DNA of 63,589 nt, counting the filler, from Intoshia linei (taxonomy: Eukaryota; Animalia; Orthonectida), in assembly GCA_001642005.1 (NCBI GenBank). It is 7 parts of 7 records of this genome, joined end to end, with 100 filler letters (N's around TTAATTAATTAA, not from the genome) between each part and the next. Parts side by side here need not be neighbours in the genome. Positions count along the whole stretch, not along the records: positions 1 to 6,132 come from LWCA01001714.1; positions 6,233 to 9,812 come from LWCA01002069.1; positions 9,913 to 20,655 come from LWCA01001245.1; 4 more parts are not named here. The stretch is one strand, 5' to 3'. The notes beneath the pieces were generated by a model, which was given only the letters and a program-made list of their open reading frames with translations, was not told the DNA's origin and did no database searches. Position 1 is the stretch's first letter. Every line of letters starts with the position of its first letter. A program made the position numbers and the translations under genes. This document shows positions 1 to 13,348 of the stretch, one piece after another.

Positions 1-205
1 TGAAGACAATTAATTCATTTAATAGTTTAGTAGGAATGAAGTCGACAGATACTATCAATAATTAAACTATGGGTATTGGTTATAATAGTGTAAAAATTCA
101 AATTAAAATATAAAAATAACATTTGACGTTACATAAATAAACTTTTTAAAATGAATATAAAATTTCAATACATTTTAAATGTATACTTTATTTATAATTT
201 ATTTT

Positions 206-2279
206 ATTAAATATGTAATGAAACGATGCTCTCCAGTGTGTTCTCTTAGTATTAGGAGATTTTTATCTATTTCAACATCATGGCATTTTCCAATGTTAGC
301 AAATTTTGCTTCGTTCCATTTGTACTTTTAAACTCCACGACCTTTTTCAATGAAGGTATTTGGACATAACCTCTGAGCCGTACTAACAAATGTTATTGCA
401 TCATTGACAATAGGGGCATCATGTCTTTTGGACATTACTTATTTTCGCACCATATGCTTCACTCGCCCCAATCCCATCAACAACACCCTTCCCATGGCTT
501 GTTGCAAAAAATCTCCAATGAATCTTGCATAAATATTTAATTTCCAAAATTTTTAATGTCTATACAATATATTTATTTTTAAATTCACCGTATGGTCTAT
601 CAGACCATACGATTACAGTTTTGTTTTTTATTTTATAACATCAAAAATTTGATTTAAATATGTTCTAACATCATTTTTCCCTTTGTCTCCATTGTCGGTA
701 CACAAAGCAAAAAGGTGTGTTTTTGTAGAGTCAAATACTGCCGTGGTAAATATATTCACCTGTGTGCGTGCCCATAAACCAGCTTGAATTTCATTTTGTG
801 ATTCACAACCATATGCCATTGCAAAATCCACTTGCACCACGATTATGTTATTCATTGGATTATTTGATAATAACGTATCATTTTTAAATGCAGAATGCTG
901 CAAACGTTTCGTTCTACTATGTCTCAAAGCATTTTGGTAGTCTTCCCTGACTCTGCTTATTAATAAATCTCGTGGCGATAAATTAATTAATAAAACTACT
1001 CTATTCTTATTGTTTTTGCTCCATTGCCTCTAAGTTACAATATTTTCAGTAGGATCATTTGACTTTACAAATTTTGGACAATTTTTACATTGACCTTTAA
1101 AGCATTCTGAATTTAAATCGGTGTTACATAAAAAAAGGACCAGTCAGTAGACAATTTTAATTCATTTAATTTGTATTTAAAGTTTTATTGAATCATGAAC
1201 TTGCACTGATCCTTTGGACAATTATTCATGAGAAAGACGTTATCAGGACGCAATTTACAGAAATTACTAAAGCCAATAATTTTTTCATCTTTACAAAATA
1301 TAGTATGTGCTTCTCTAAGATAATACATCAAGTACATCCGAGGAATCACTTTTTTAATACCACATTTTATAATAGTCTTTGTTTGGTTCGGTGATATCCA
1401 TGAAATATCAGGATTTTGAAAAAACATTACAACCTTATCCTTCATTGTTAGTTCAGTTTCAACTATTTTCACAATATTTGAATCAAACTTTTCCTTCAAA
1501 ACTTCATTCATTATCATGGGCCAATTACTTTTGTTTTTAGGGAGTGCTTTAATCAACCTTGACTTTGCGTTACCTAAAATTTGTTGACATATAAGGTGTT
1601 GGATTAATTAATTTATTTTTTTGTTTTAACTGAAATTTCTGTACTCTCAATTATGTCTTGTTTCACTTTTTCGTGTTTTTCTCTACATATAAAAATATAC
1701 TATATAATAGTAATTATATAATTATTACAGCATGGGAAAATTATTATAAATTTTTAACACTGGTACATTATATTTAAAAACACGTCTGATCAACATCATA
1801 ATTACTTTATTTCCAACGTTTTTATAATTATCCTTATGCGCACTTTTTAAAGTGTGCCATATATACTACATAATTTTATCATATTGAAGTACATACATTT
1901 TGATTAATATGATAATATATTATTTATTTGTTGTTTATTATTATGAGATCCCAATAATTCCTACTTGGGGAACCTCGACATTCTTTCGAAATTAAAGAAT
2001 TTTTTTTATGGACATAGAGAATATTAGGTTTGGTGTTAATTATTATTAGTTAAAACTAATTGAATGTACAATAATGTATAAAAGTTTTTCAATTAGTAAA
2101 TCAATAAATCAATAAAATCAATCAATAATCAATAATCAATAAATCAAATAATAAAACAATAATAATTATATACCTTCTTCTATAATTTTTTTTTTCCTTT
2201 CTACATCATTTTTCTTGACTTCATCGTTATTCTTTGTCTTTTTCGTGCAATTGAAACAATGTTCAGTTTTATTGGTCAT
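206..2279 (-). mobile_element. Decayed Sola2-like DDD transposase, apparently with an intron
   Basis: Minus-strand fragments contain VQVDFAMAY..QNEIQAGLW (628-927), IVWSDRPYGEFKN and WRFFATSHGKGVVDGIG (~470-625), and IGFSNFCKLRPDNV (1185-1556). There are stops and frameshifts. Candidate first exon MTNKTEHCFNC...IIEE runs from ATG 2279 to a GT donor near 2173. Superfamily assigned from recalled HGKGxxDG motif. Confidence 0.65.
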
Positions 2280-3214
2280 ATTTATATCAATTGATTGATT
2301 CATTTAATTAATTTCAATTTAAACTTATTGGCATTACAGTATTTAAAAGTCTCAGAATGACATCTTAATGATGCTTATTTCTAAATTCCTTTTCAAAAAA
2401 GATGCATATGTAACTATCTCACATCACATTAAAATTTCAGAGTTTTATTGAGAATGTGTAAATATTTATTTTAAAATAACTATAATTGGAAGTTTTGGCG
2501 TTACAGAATTTTTTTGATTTGGATTTTATCAATTAGCTCAGCTTATTTTATCAACGTAACAAATCAAAATTGGTCTATTTTTATTTTATACAAAACTAGA
2601 TATGTCGATTTATATTTATATTTAATATTCTGTAAAAACAAATTTTTATCTAACATACATCAAAGCGTCTATAAATAGTGTTTAAATATAATTTTTTTGG
2701 CAGGTATTTTATAATTATTGTAAAATATAGGATTTATGCTCAACATTAAACCAAAAAAATAAATTTAATTTATCATTTTAATTTTTGCTATTTTGATATT
2801 TAGTGTAGAGAATGGGCCTAATAATTAGTCAATCTGATTATATATTTATCTGATTAGTAAAAAAGTGAGTTGATATTTATGATTCTCTTAAAAATAGATC
2901 TTCTAGAGCTTTAGAGATAAAATTATTATTTTTTGTTCATAAAATTTCGTTAAATAAAAATAATTTAAAATTCCGTTAATAATTACTTACAGTTTAAGAT
3001 AAGTCTAAATCTTAGACTGTATTTAGAAAATATTAACAATAAACTTAATTTAACATTGATATGTAATTGTAAAAATAAACACAGGTGACCGGGTCATCAT
3101 TTTTATTTAAAATTGCATAAATAATAAATCACCATAGATACATGTATTAATAAATAAATAAATAATAAAAAAACTTTCTCAAAATTTTATTATCAAACTA
3201 AATGAAATAAAGTT

Positions 3215-4212
3215 ATGAATAATCTATACAAATTTGGTAGATGCACCAAAATTGGACAATATTCTTTCAAACACATTACACCAGTCGAACATGGAAACTA
3301 CTTTAAAACATTTTATCTTAATTCGTCACCATTAACTTATTGTATACATTTTAAAAGAAATTTTCAAAAAAGTATAAAAACAGTTAAACAACAAAATTTA
3401 CAAAAATTTGACATTAAAAAGGAAGGTTAATAATTATTTATTCAAAATTTACAAAATATAGCTAAAGAAGTATCAACTGATATATTTTATTTATTTATCA
3501 TTTTATGTGGTATTGGATGCTTTGGTAATTTACTTTCAAACATTTTATTTTTGAAATATTCTTGAATCATATTTTTTAGGTTACATTGGCTACACTTTAT
3601 TTTCTGAAATTGGTTCATCCCAATCTCCAGTTTCAATTTACGGAAAAGTATTTAAACTCTGTAACAAAAATGACGAGGTTAACTTTAATCTATAATTGAT
3701 TTTCAACAGTGATCAAATTCCCAATTGTCATAATACAATTTACAATAGTATTTCATTATTAATTAACTAAAGGTTGTCAAAGATTTAAGCAAATTTGATA
3801 ATGTCACCTGAAAAGGTTGAGAATTATTAAATGTGATAAAATTGTCGCTAATAAAAATATAGGTTTATATAACGTTTGGTTCGCCTTTAAAGTCATATGG
3901 AAGTGAAACGAGACGATTTAGAAGACAACACATCAGGTTTATTTATATAATTAATATGACCATTATTTAGGAGTAAAACTTACAAGAATGGAGACACAAC
4001 CACCGTCGAATTACAGTTTAATATAAAAGGACCTTATGCAGAGGGAATAGTTTACGTTATAGCTTCAAACGTATCATTTAATTACTTAATTTAGTCTTAA
4101 ATGAAATTAAAAAATTCTTATTTAGAAAAATTGTAAAAAAATATCACCAGACACCATAATAGTCCAATGCACATTTCCAACTGATAAAATCATTACTGTA
4201 TTACAAAAATAA
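3215..4212 (+). CDS. TIMM21: Mitochondrial inner membrane translocase subunit Tim21
   Basis: Six exons (3215-3425, 3462-3524, 3580-3677, 3863-3936, 3971-4070, 4126-4212), all GT-AG and in phase. The product has DIFYLFIILCGIG (TM), FSEIGSSQSPVSIYGK and FGSPLKSYGSETRRFRRQHI, matching the Tim21 pattern. Confidence 0.88.
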
Positions 4213-4335
4213 ATATAAATTATTCAAATCGGTTATACCAAAATATTTGCAATCACGTTTTACGTCTTTTTAACAAAACTTTAAAAAATACTATGATACA
4301 ACAAATAAATTTAATATTTAACAAAATAAATTAAA

Positions 4336-5196
4336 TTAGCGCATATATTTGTTCATAAATTTTTGGTGAAATTCTGAACGAATTGAGTCGTTTATAAATA
4401 CAGGTTTTTTATGATCTGATATTCCTTTAGCGCAATTTTTAAAGACAACGTCGTCATCCCATCTGCAAAATTTTTGATTAATAACTAATTTTTATAATTG
4501 ATACCTCCTTTTCACTTTAAATTCTCCAGTTTGGTGAATTAATGGATTGCCTTTTATAATATTGTCGACACGAACCTTTTCATCTTCAACGCGCTTTTCT
4601 TCATCCTGATATAAAAATATAAGACTAGAATTAGAACAATATTACAATTTTATTTTTTTCCTCCAAACGTTCTTTTCGGATTTTTCGCAATTCTGCTTCC
4701 AATGCAGCGTCGTCGTCACTATCACTTTCGGTGTCATACTATTTTATAATAATAAGTTTTAAGTATAACATATTTTTGTAAATTATCTATTTTAGCCTTA
4801 TCGATAACGATAAAAAGTTTGATAAATAGAATCATAACAAAGTTAATTATCATGTGTGCGTTGGAATGTAAATAATTTTTAAATTAATCTTACTCTATCA
4901 ATAGGATCATCAGCATCCAATTCCATTGTAGTAAGTTCTACTCTAATTTTCTTTTTTTGAATTTCGATGGGTTTAATAGACTTTAGGTGTTTTGCTTCTT
5001 TTTCAATTAAATCACGCTTAAAGTTCTTATCTTTGATATCCTTGGCTGTATTTTGCCCATCTTTACGGTATTTCAATTTAGTGTGAGCTGGCATGTCCCT
5101 GCTGGAGTATTGCTTTGACAGTGAACTCAAATCATTTTCACCTTTTCCGGAACCTCCTCTAGCAGGATTAAATGTTGGTCGCGCTGCTGTAGTCAT
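4336..5196 (-). CDS. CWC15: Spliceosome-associated protein CWC15
   Basis: N-terminus [15 protein letters not shown]...[18 protein letters not shown]. Exons 5196-4894, 4738-4646, 4605-4505 and 4462-4336 give [14 protein letters not shown]...[20 protein letters not shown]. Confidence 0.96.
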
Positions 5197-5524
5197 TTTA
5201 AAATATATTTGTAAATTTAGAAATAAATATTAGTTTTAGTATAAACAAACTTTATATCAATTTCTATAACGATACTCTAATTATTGTTTTTACGCGTATC
5301 TATGATATTTTGTAAATATTATTTAAATTTAAAAGTTCATTTTTTGTAGCGAATCGCTACTAACGATATAAAATAAACATTCAATTATAAGTTGTTATTA
5401 CATGTTTTTTATTATTGTTAGTATTACAAATCCAACTATTCGCCCGAGAGGCTTGTGTTATAATTATAATGAAATTGTAATGAATTAAGTAGTTTTCAGA
5501 AATCAATTTTATTTCTAAATAATA

Positions 5525-5700
5525 CTAGATAAAAAAATTCCTTTGTTTCGTGAGTAATGTCTTCAGCATGCTAAAACTTCTTTCTACACCGTTAGAAGTT
5601 GGAGGGCCATCTCTCAATTGGCTGTACAATGAAGGAGGTTTGAACTGATCCATAGCTAACATAATTTTTTTGATATCATTCTTTTTTAGTCTTTTTTCTA
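5525..5700 (-). mobile_element. Transposase C-terminal fragment (hAT dimerisation-like motif), copy 1
   Basis: Frameshifted PPTSNGVE-SFSMLKTLLTKQRNF; the same motif family occurs at 12549-12731 and 39128-39215. Confidence 0.5.
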
Positions 5701-6132
5701 TATATAGTTGTATTTCACATGGGTCAGGAATAAATTGTATTTTTTTATGGTATCATATGCTTGATTAATAGTAAACGACTATTTTGCCATGTCAATAACA
5801 CCTAATATAGATGTATACCCGTTTAATTTTAATTCGATTAATTCATTATATAATCCAATCATAGATAAAATTTGACCATTCATGTTTTTATTAATCATTT
5901 TACAGTCAAACAGCATTACATTTTGGGGGGTTTTTCAAAGTATCTACAATTATATTTATATATGTAACATAGTTAAAATCGGTTTCATCCAAATCTTACT
6001 ACACGATTTTATCCTTTCAAATATACATGGTCGGTTTTACCACGACAATTGTTTTCAGATGGTAGCGATTTGCCCATATTGGTAAAAAATTCCTTTAAGT
6101 TTTTGTTGTTTAACTTGTATAAGGTCTAACGA

Positions 6133-6232
6133 NNNNNNNNNNNNNNNNNNNNNNNNNNNNNNNNNNNNNNNNNNNNTTAATTAATTAANNNNNNNNNNNN
6201 NNNNNNNNNNNNNNNNNNNNNNNNNNNNNNNN
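6133..6232. other. Artificial 100-bp scaffold gap with six-frame-stop linker (also 9813-9912, 20656-20755, 48821-48920, 61057-61156, 62329-62428)
   Basis: Each is 44 N + TTAATTAATTAA + 44 N. Confidence 0.97.
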
Positions 6233-8302
6233 GTCCAACTATATCAGCAAAGTTTTTTATGTATTGTCTATGATAACTACACATTCTTATAATCGAACGT
6301 AACCGTTTAAGAGTGATAGGTGCTGCTATATTTCCTATAGCTTTTACTTTATTTAAGTCAATGTTAATTCCGTTTTTATCAACAACGTGGCCCAATATTT
6401 ATTTTTTCCTGACCAACACCTGTGTATTCGCATCAATACTTTTAAATCTTTTTTATGCTAATCTTCATCATTAGATGCTACTATAATATCATCCATATAA
6501 CACAATCCAAGTCATTTAAAATAAAGTCAATTATACGTTGACAAATAGATGGACCATTCACGAGACCATAAGGCATACGTTTAAATTGATACATACGTTT
6601 TCCATAACCAGTTGAGAACGCAGTTTTATATTTATCACTTGAATAAACTTGAACTTACAATAACCTGATGATAAATCAAATGTTGAAAATATCTTTTTGT
6701 TCGCTAGTTTATCAAGACATACTTATATATTGGGTGTAGAATGAGTGTCTATTTTTGTAAATTTATTTAATTTTCAACGACAAAACGATGAGATCCATCT
6801 TTTTTTAACACAGCAATAAGGAGATCGCCACGTAGATTTAGATAGATTAGAAGATACCGGTTCGATTATATCGTTTTTTATCATGAATTGTATGTGACAT
6901 TGTTCTACTTCCCTAAGATAAATAAGAGTTAAATAAATGGGTCCTTTACAACCATCAGATCCTGTTATTAGAGGAATAGTATGCGAAAAATTTTTTACTT
7001 TACCAAGATTTTCAAAAAAGATATGTTTAAATTCATTAACAATAGAATGGTACATTGGATTAAGATAACCGAAACTGGCGTCACATTTAGATAAACAAGA
7101 ACAATATTTATTTGATATAACATCAATATTTTTTTCAAATTTTATAATTCCTAGATTATATAGCGATCGGAATCCTAAAATTGATCTATAATTTGTAATA
7201 AAAAATTTTTCTGATCTTCCAAAATCAGGTAAATATAGATTAACAAAACCCCAAGTCGTTAATTCGCCTCCATTATAGTTATATATAGTTTTATCAAATT
7301 GATATATTTTTGAAATTTTAATTAATGTTTTTAAAAAAATTAGCATTTATTGTGTTAATCACGGAACCTGTGGTTAGTAGAAAATTAACGGTTACCTCAT
7401 TTTCATCGGTAATTTTCATTCGCAAAGTGGGAAAGAAAATATCATTGGAATTATTCAAATTGTTCACTGTGGGACAAAACCGCTCTAAATGAGAATATTT
7501 ATTGCACTTAATACATTTATGATGCCAAGCAGAACACTCTTTTTTTCTATTTTTACATTGGTCACCACATCCAAAACATTTAAAAAGTTTATTCCTCATT
7601 TAAGGAGAACTATTATCGAATTTTGATTTCGATGATTCACATTTATCCAATTTTAAAGATTCATTAATCATGTCATAGTTTATACACAACAGAGTTATTT
7701 TTGATAAAGATTCTTTATTCTCTATAAGTTTTTCAAGTAATTTTTGATTATTACATCCATAGATTAGTTGATCACATATATTATCATCAATCTAAGAAAA
7801 ATTACAATTTTTTGCACGTTTCAAACAATAAATAAAAGTAGTTAAACTTTCGTCTTGAAAACGTTTTAATATTCTAAATTTAAATTTTTCTGAATCAGCA
7901 TTAATATTTTTCCAAGATTGAATCATCAATATCATTTGTGCCAGTGCCATTTTTATTCAAATCAGTACAGAATCAATCCATAGCTATTTCGCCAGCTAGG
8001 TTTCTCATTATTTTTGCTCTTAAATCATCCTTTAATTTATCTGGATGATGAGATAACATTATATCAACATAGTCATCAAAATTTTGCATCCATATATCGG
8101 GATCAACAAGATCGCCTTGTTGGTTTGAAATTTCTTTTGGTTTGTGTATCATTTTATCCATTCTCGCGCAACTTGAGAAAAAGCAAGATTATTTTGTAGT
8201 GTTTATATTTTTAATCACAAATTTATAATAATCTTGAGTGTATGTTCTAGTGCGATAACGATAATAGAGTATTAAATAAAGATATGTTGTTATTGCACTA
8301 CA
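6233..8302 (-). mobile_element. Degenerate Ty3/Gypsy (Mag-like) LTR retrotransposon, 5' half
   Basis: Gag fragment at 7973-8161, double Cys knuckle CFGC...CSAWHHKCIKCNKYSHLERFC, decayed protease FLLTTGS, and RT motifs YQFKRMPYGL, YMDDIIV and GHVVDKNGI. Truncated by the gap at 6232. Confidence 0.85.
8195..8302 (-). repeat. Candidate 5' LTR (108 bp) of the Gypsy element
   Basis: Inverted termini TGTAGTG...CACTACA directly upstream of gag, followed ~20 nt later by a degenerate PBS-like TTGCGCGAG. Confidence 0.55.
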
Positions 8303-8813
8303 GTAACCTAATAAATATAATTAAATTTGTATTTTTGAGAAAAATACAAAAATTATAAACAGTTACAAATATACAAATTATCAATTAAATTGTAGTTGCA
8401 TTCCAAATTATTGAGATTTTAATGATACATTTAATTTACATAAAACTATAGAAACAGTTGTTTACAGTTCAATTTTCTAAAGAAATGCACACTTATACAG
8501 AATTGCTAAAGGTATTCTGTGAAGCCGATTACCTTGTAAAATTTATCTTTGTTAGACAGTAATTTTTTATTAAATAATTTTATCTGTCTTTTAGTGGTGA
8601 AACGAACTATAACAAAAATAGATTGATTCAAGGTAATTTTTGGTTTGTCGTTATTGAATTAAAGTTATTTGGATACTTTAATTTAGTATTTTTGTTTTAA
8701 TGGTTACTAAAACGAGATTTGGAATCAACTCGGTTCCAATTCACAGTTAGGGCAAAAAGACATTATATTTGGTTTCAAATATTTATGAAGCCATGCATTA
8801 AACAATTTAAATA

Positions 8814-9364
8814 CAGTCTAAGTCCTTATTAAAAAAAATTTAATTAGAGGAAATTCCATTTTAACGGAATTTTGAATTATTTATTTTTTCTTAACCAATT
8901 TGTATGGACCAAAAATTCCGTTAATAAAAATTTTATCTCTAGAATCCATTTTTAATGACTATCATAAACATCATAAACTAATTTTTTTACAAATTACAAG
9001 TTAATTTATTACATTTTTTATAAAAATTTTAATAGATATTAAATTAGATGCCGTTAAATAGAAATAATTACTATCATTGCGGAATCATCATTTTTAACTT
9101 ATTTTATTTCTGTAAATAATTTAATTATTTTCATGGATCCAAAAAACTGTTGTGGATTCCAGGAGTCCACACAGGACCCGTTGATAATGTTTTGTGTATA
9201 TTACTTCGTCGTGTATTATTCAAAAACTCATAATAACAAAATTATGACCATTTAACGGTTTTATTAAAAAAAATTAAATTCCGTTAACAAGGGCGTTACT
9301 ATAGGGAACACTCCATATTAACGGAATTAACTAATTTTGAATTCTGTTATTAAGGCTTAGACTG
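8814..9364. mobile_element. pogo/Tigger-like MITE
   Basis: TA-flanked inverted ends CAGTCTAAGTCCTTATTAA / TTATTAAGGCTTAGACTG. A related end is at 44279, and a collapsed palindrome at ~2988-3021. Confidence 0.65.
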
Positions 9365-10311
9365 TATATTAGGGTGTCACATCAAATATTTTTTTTAAGA
9401 AACTCAAAAACATACCCTGTACATTAGATGTAATTTGAAAAAAAATGACAATCCGATGACTAATTTTGAAAAATACTCATTAATGACTCAGCGTTGAGCA
9501 ATTAAGTAATTAACAAAAAAGAGCTAAATTTAAGTTTATTTTCATATTTTTCTTAATTTTTTTTTACAAAAAGTGAAATTCCTGTTCATATTATAGAATA
9601 ACGTCATGGTGTATGACGCAGCTTAACATTATTTATTAAAATATACAAACATTAAATTTTCAACACAAACGAAGCATGAATTTATGTAAAAAAAATTAAA
9701 TTTAGCTCTTTTTTGTTAATTACTTAATTCAGTGTTTCCCAACCTTTTATTTTCCAGTGCCCCCATTAAAATTGAATACAATCGATATAAACAGATTAAA
9801 TCGTCAAACTTTNNNNNNNNNNNNNNNNNNNNNNNNNNNNNNNNNNNNNNNNNNNNTTAATTAATTAANNNNNNNNNNNNNNNNNNNNNNNNNNNNNNNN
9901 NNNNNNNNNNNNTGTATAAAATTCGCCACATTTGTTTGTATCATTAATTAAATATTTTTTCTTTGTCTTAAATAAAAAAGATCCGCAAAGTAAACAAAAT
10001 TTATTTGAATTTTTTGATTGACAGTTGCAAATTATATTACTCAATTTAAACTTATTTCATCTCATATTCAAATAGCAACTCAATTTTGATTAGTTAATTT
10101 TATTTGGCCTATATCTCGGAAACTAGAACTAATTATCTATTAATATTTTATCAGTCATTATATTATCATTATGAGATAAGTATATAGATTTGATTAATCT
10201 CTTTTTTGGATTGTTGTACTGTGTAATGAAAACAGAAAAGACAATTTTGATACCAACTTATAATCGTGTTATTTTTTTACTTATAATTGTTTCAAATTTA
10301 AAATAAAATAG

Positions 10312-10450
10312 AAGATTTGGTAAAAGGGTATATTTTCCTTAAGGGTTCGTAAAATTGGATTTTTCCTTAAGGTTTCGTAAAAGTAGATTTTTTTCTTAAG
10401 ATTTGGTAGATGGGGATTTTTTCTTTAAGGGTTGGTAAAATTGGATTTTT
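10312..10450. repeat. Minisatellite, ~29-30-bp unit, about 5 degenerate copies
   Basis: Repeated TTTTCCTTAAGGGTTCGTAAAATTGGAT-like units. Confidence 0.7.
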
Positions 10451-10536
10451 GAATGATGGATATTGAAAAAATTTAAAATTAAAAAAATTCTTCATAATGA
10501 CTGAAACTCCAAACGGACGGTAACATATATATGCAT

Positions 10537-11626
10537 TGGGTGTCCCAAAAAGACACTTCTTTTAAAAGATCTAAAAGTATATTTCAGTATCGTAATTATT
10601 GGTGATTATTGATTTTTTAACTACATGGCAGATATATGCTAGATATATGCATATATGCATGCTCTAATTATTTAAAAAGAATGGTTGAATATAAAACATT
10701 TTTAAATTTTGATAAAATTTTTAACATTTAATTTTAGATTTAATTTAATTAATGTAGACTCAACATTGTAGACCTATCTGTTTCTTAATTTTTTTTTAAA
10801 TAAAAAACTAATTGAACTGGGGACTATATAAAATTCTAAGACTGCTAGTTATTGAAATAAACGGTAACACACAAACAAATATTGCGTAGCATATCATATA
10901 GGTAAGGACTAGCTAGACATAATTTCAGTAATAATCTCTTTTCCAATTTTTCGTCAGTTTTGGCATAATCTATTATTTCAGTAACTCTTGCCAATGTCCT
11001 TTCACGTATTTCATTAGTAAAAGTTAAATTAATTTTTTCCGGGTTTTATTTCCAGTGACGATATAAGCATTTATAAGCACATTTATTTTTTTTGTTAGAG
11101 AAAGTCGGACATGATGTACCAATTAGGAATAGATTTGTATCTACATGAAAACAAACAAGGTGCCCAATAATTAGCAATAAAGTGACTTTATCTTTAAATA
11201 GAAGATGTTATGATATTAGATTACATTTTCACGTATCTACTCGGTAAAAAGATTTTCGAAAAAATTAAGAAACAGATGGGTCTACAAGGTAAAATAATTT
11301 ATTTACGAACAAAAATATTGTTAAAAATTTTAAAAATATTTATATTCAACTTTTTTTTGATATACTGAGAACACGCTTGTATATTTGCTATGTAGTTAAA
11401 AAAATCAAAATTAGTTCAGTTTTGTGTGTAAAAGGCATTTTAGTTAACAAAAATTATAAAATTATTGAAAAATAAACAAATTGATAAATATTCTTAAAAA
11501 AAGTGAACCTTTGTAGCCCAGTCAAATTGCAAAATTGTATGTTAATATTCGAGATACTCTCTTGGCATCACCAACAATTACGATACTGAAATATACTTTC
11601 GATCTTTTAATTAGTGGGACACCCTA
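10537..11626. mobile_element. Non-autonomous hAT-like element with long imperfect TIRs
   Basis: Ends TGGGTGTCCCA / TGGGACACCCTA flanked by an 8-bp duplication ATATGCAT. Inverted similarity extends inward (10561-10606 vs 11566-11609; 10767-10795 vs 11260-11287). Contains a Helitron-like fragment at ~10800-10908. Confidence 0.7.
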
Positions 11627-12548
11627 ATATGCATATAAGCTTATATTCCTTTTTTAAATTGGCAAGTCACAATTATAGTGGTTATGATAATGAATAAACG
11701 ATTTTTAGAAATGAAGAACAAAAAAGTATTGAAAATAAAAGATAGACTCGAGCAATTAGTCCTAAATATGTGTTGTTTAGACACAGAAAGTCGATATGGG
11801 CATTAACGTGCACGTATAAATTCGTTTAGAATGACATTAGCGGAATATAGCGAACACGTCATAATGAAAAGTGTTATTAAAAAAAATAATCAATGTTCCG
11901 ATCTATGCAAGAATATTTTAATGAACGATAGGCTTATTGCCAATTTATCATGGGATTCGATTTTGCATCAGGAAATGGATATAATTGATGAAACAAACAG
12001 AAATGTGAACGACTTGTGCAACTATAAATATCCATTTATCAGACATTGCAAAGAAAATATGAGACTATTTACTCAAACTCAAGAACCGATTAAAACAGCA
12101 TGAAGAAATTCTTACATTCGTAGACTTTTTTCTTTGAAAACCTTTTAATATGCATAGTGTATTTAATTTTGTAAATATAAACATCTAAATTGTGATTGCG
12201 CTACTTTTAAAATTTCATGCTTTATTTTTGGATAATTTGGATCAATGCTGAGTACCTATTTTATTTAATTTAACAAACATTTACGGGAAAGTAAACCTTG
12301 TTACTTACGTCGATTGCGCCAGTCAATCTTTTTAATTTCAATAAATTAAATGCCAGTTTATATCCAATTGTGCAATTTTTCTGCCACATAATTCCTATGC
12401 TTGTTGATACAGTTTACTAGCATTTTCTAGATCTTTGCCAATTATATAAATGTTGTAAATTAGGGCCTTATTTTCAATTGCGCGAAAACACGACTACAAC
12501 ATTAGTTTATAAATATTTTATTTACCCCCAAAGAGTCAAAATCGACCT

Positions 12549-12731
12549 TTATGACGACCCTTGTTGTAGTGTAACAATATACTTCTTAACATTAATTAGT
12601 AAAAATTGCCTCTGTTTAGTTAGCAATTTTTTTAACAAACTGAAACTTTGTTCAACACTATTTGTGGTAGATGTCACTTTTCTTAATAAATTGTATAGAT
12701 AAAGTGGTATTTGTTCAATTTTATTGTTCAT
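12549..12731 (-). mobile_element. Transposase C-terminal fragment (hAT dimerisation-like motif), copy 2
   Basis: ORF contains STTNSVEQSFSLLKKLLTKQRQF. Confidence 0.5.
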
Positions 12732-12971
12732 TATTTCATAAATATTATTTTTTGAAGTCGAATATCCTTTAAAAAAAATATTGACTTTATAAATTGCTAA
12801 TTAGCTAATTAATAACCATGATATTGATATGATGCTTGTAATTTCGTGCTGATTATCATATAAAGAATGGTATTTTGCCATAAAAAACTGCTCTAATGAT
12901 AAGTAATTTAAGAGTTTGACAATATAAGTTATCTAACACTAATTATCTGTATAGTAAGTATGTGCTTTGTA

Positions 12972-13348
12972 GGAAATAAATTGAAACTGATATGCTGCAA
13001 CAAAATTATATCAGTTTATTAAAAAATTAGAAATCTTTAGTAATAATTTTGCAATAAAGGAAATATACCAATTTCTTACATTGCATTCTATGAAAAACAA
13101 AATAAATTGTAGTGATATAAAAAGATTGGTTAACGACCATGAAGCGCAAGGATCACGTTAAATTTAATTATCTTATTCTCTAATAATATTTTCATAATAC
13201 ATTTATTTTGTTTTTCATACTATATATATAACTGTATGGAAACTAAATAAATGTATTTGTTCGTGCATACAATATATATAACGTTACATTTTAAAATTAA
13301 AATTTTATTTTTACTGGGCAATAACGCAAAATGGGTTGGGAAACACTA
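12972..13348 (+). mobile_element. Internally deleted Buster-type hAT 3' fragment
   Basis: Closely similar to 19718-19875 joined to 20241-20503; ends in TIR GGTTGGGAAACACTA. Confidence 0.75.

Noticed and set aside
6177-6188. Recurring TTAATTAATTAA motif and ORFs ending in XXX-LIN
   Set aside because: Assembly linker inside fixed 100-bp gaps, not biology; adjacency across these gaps is unreliable.
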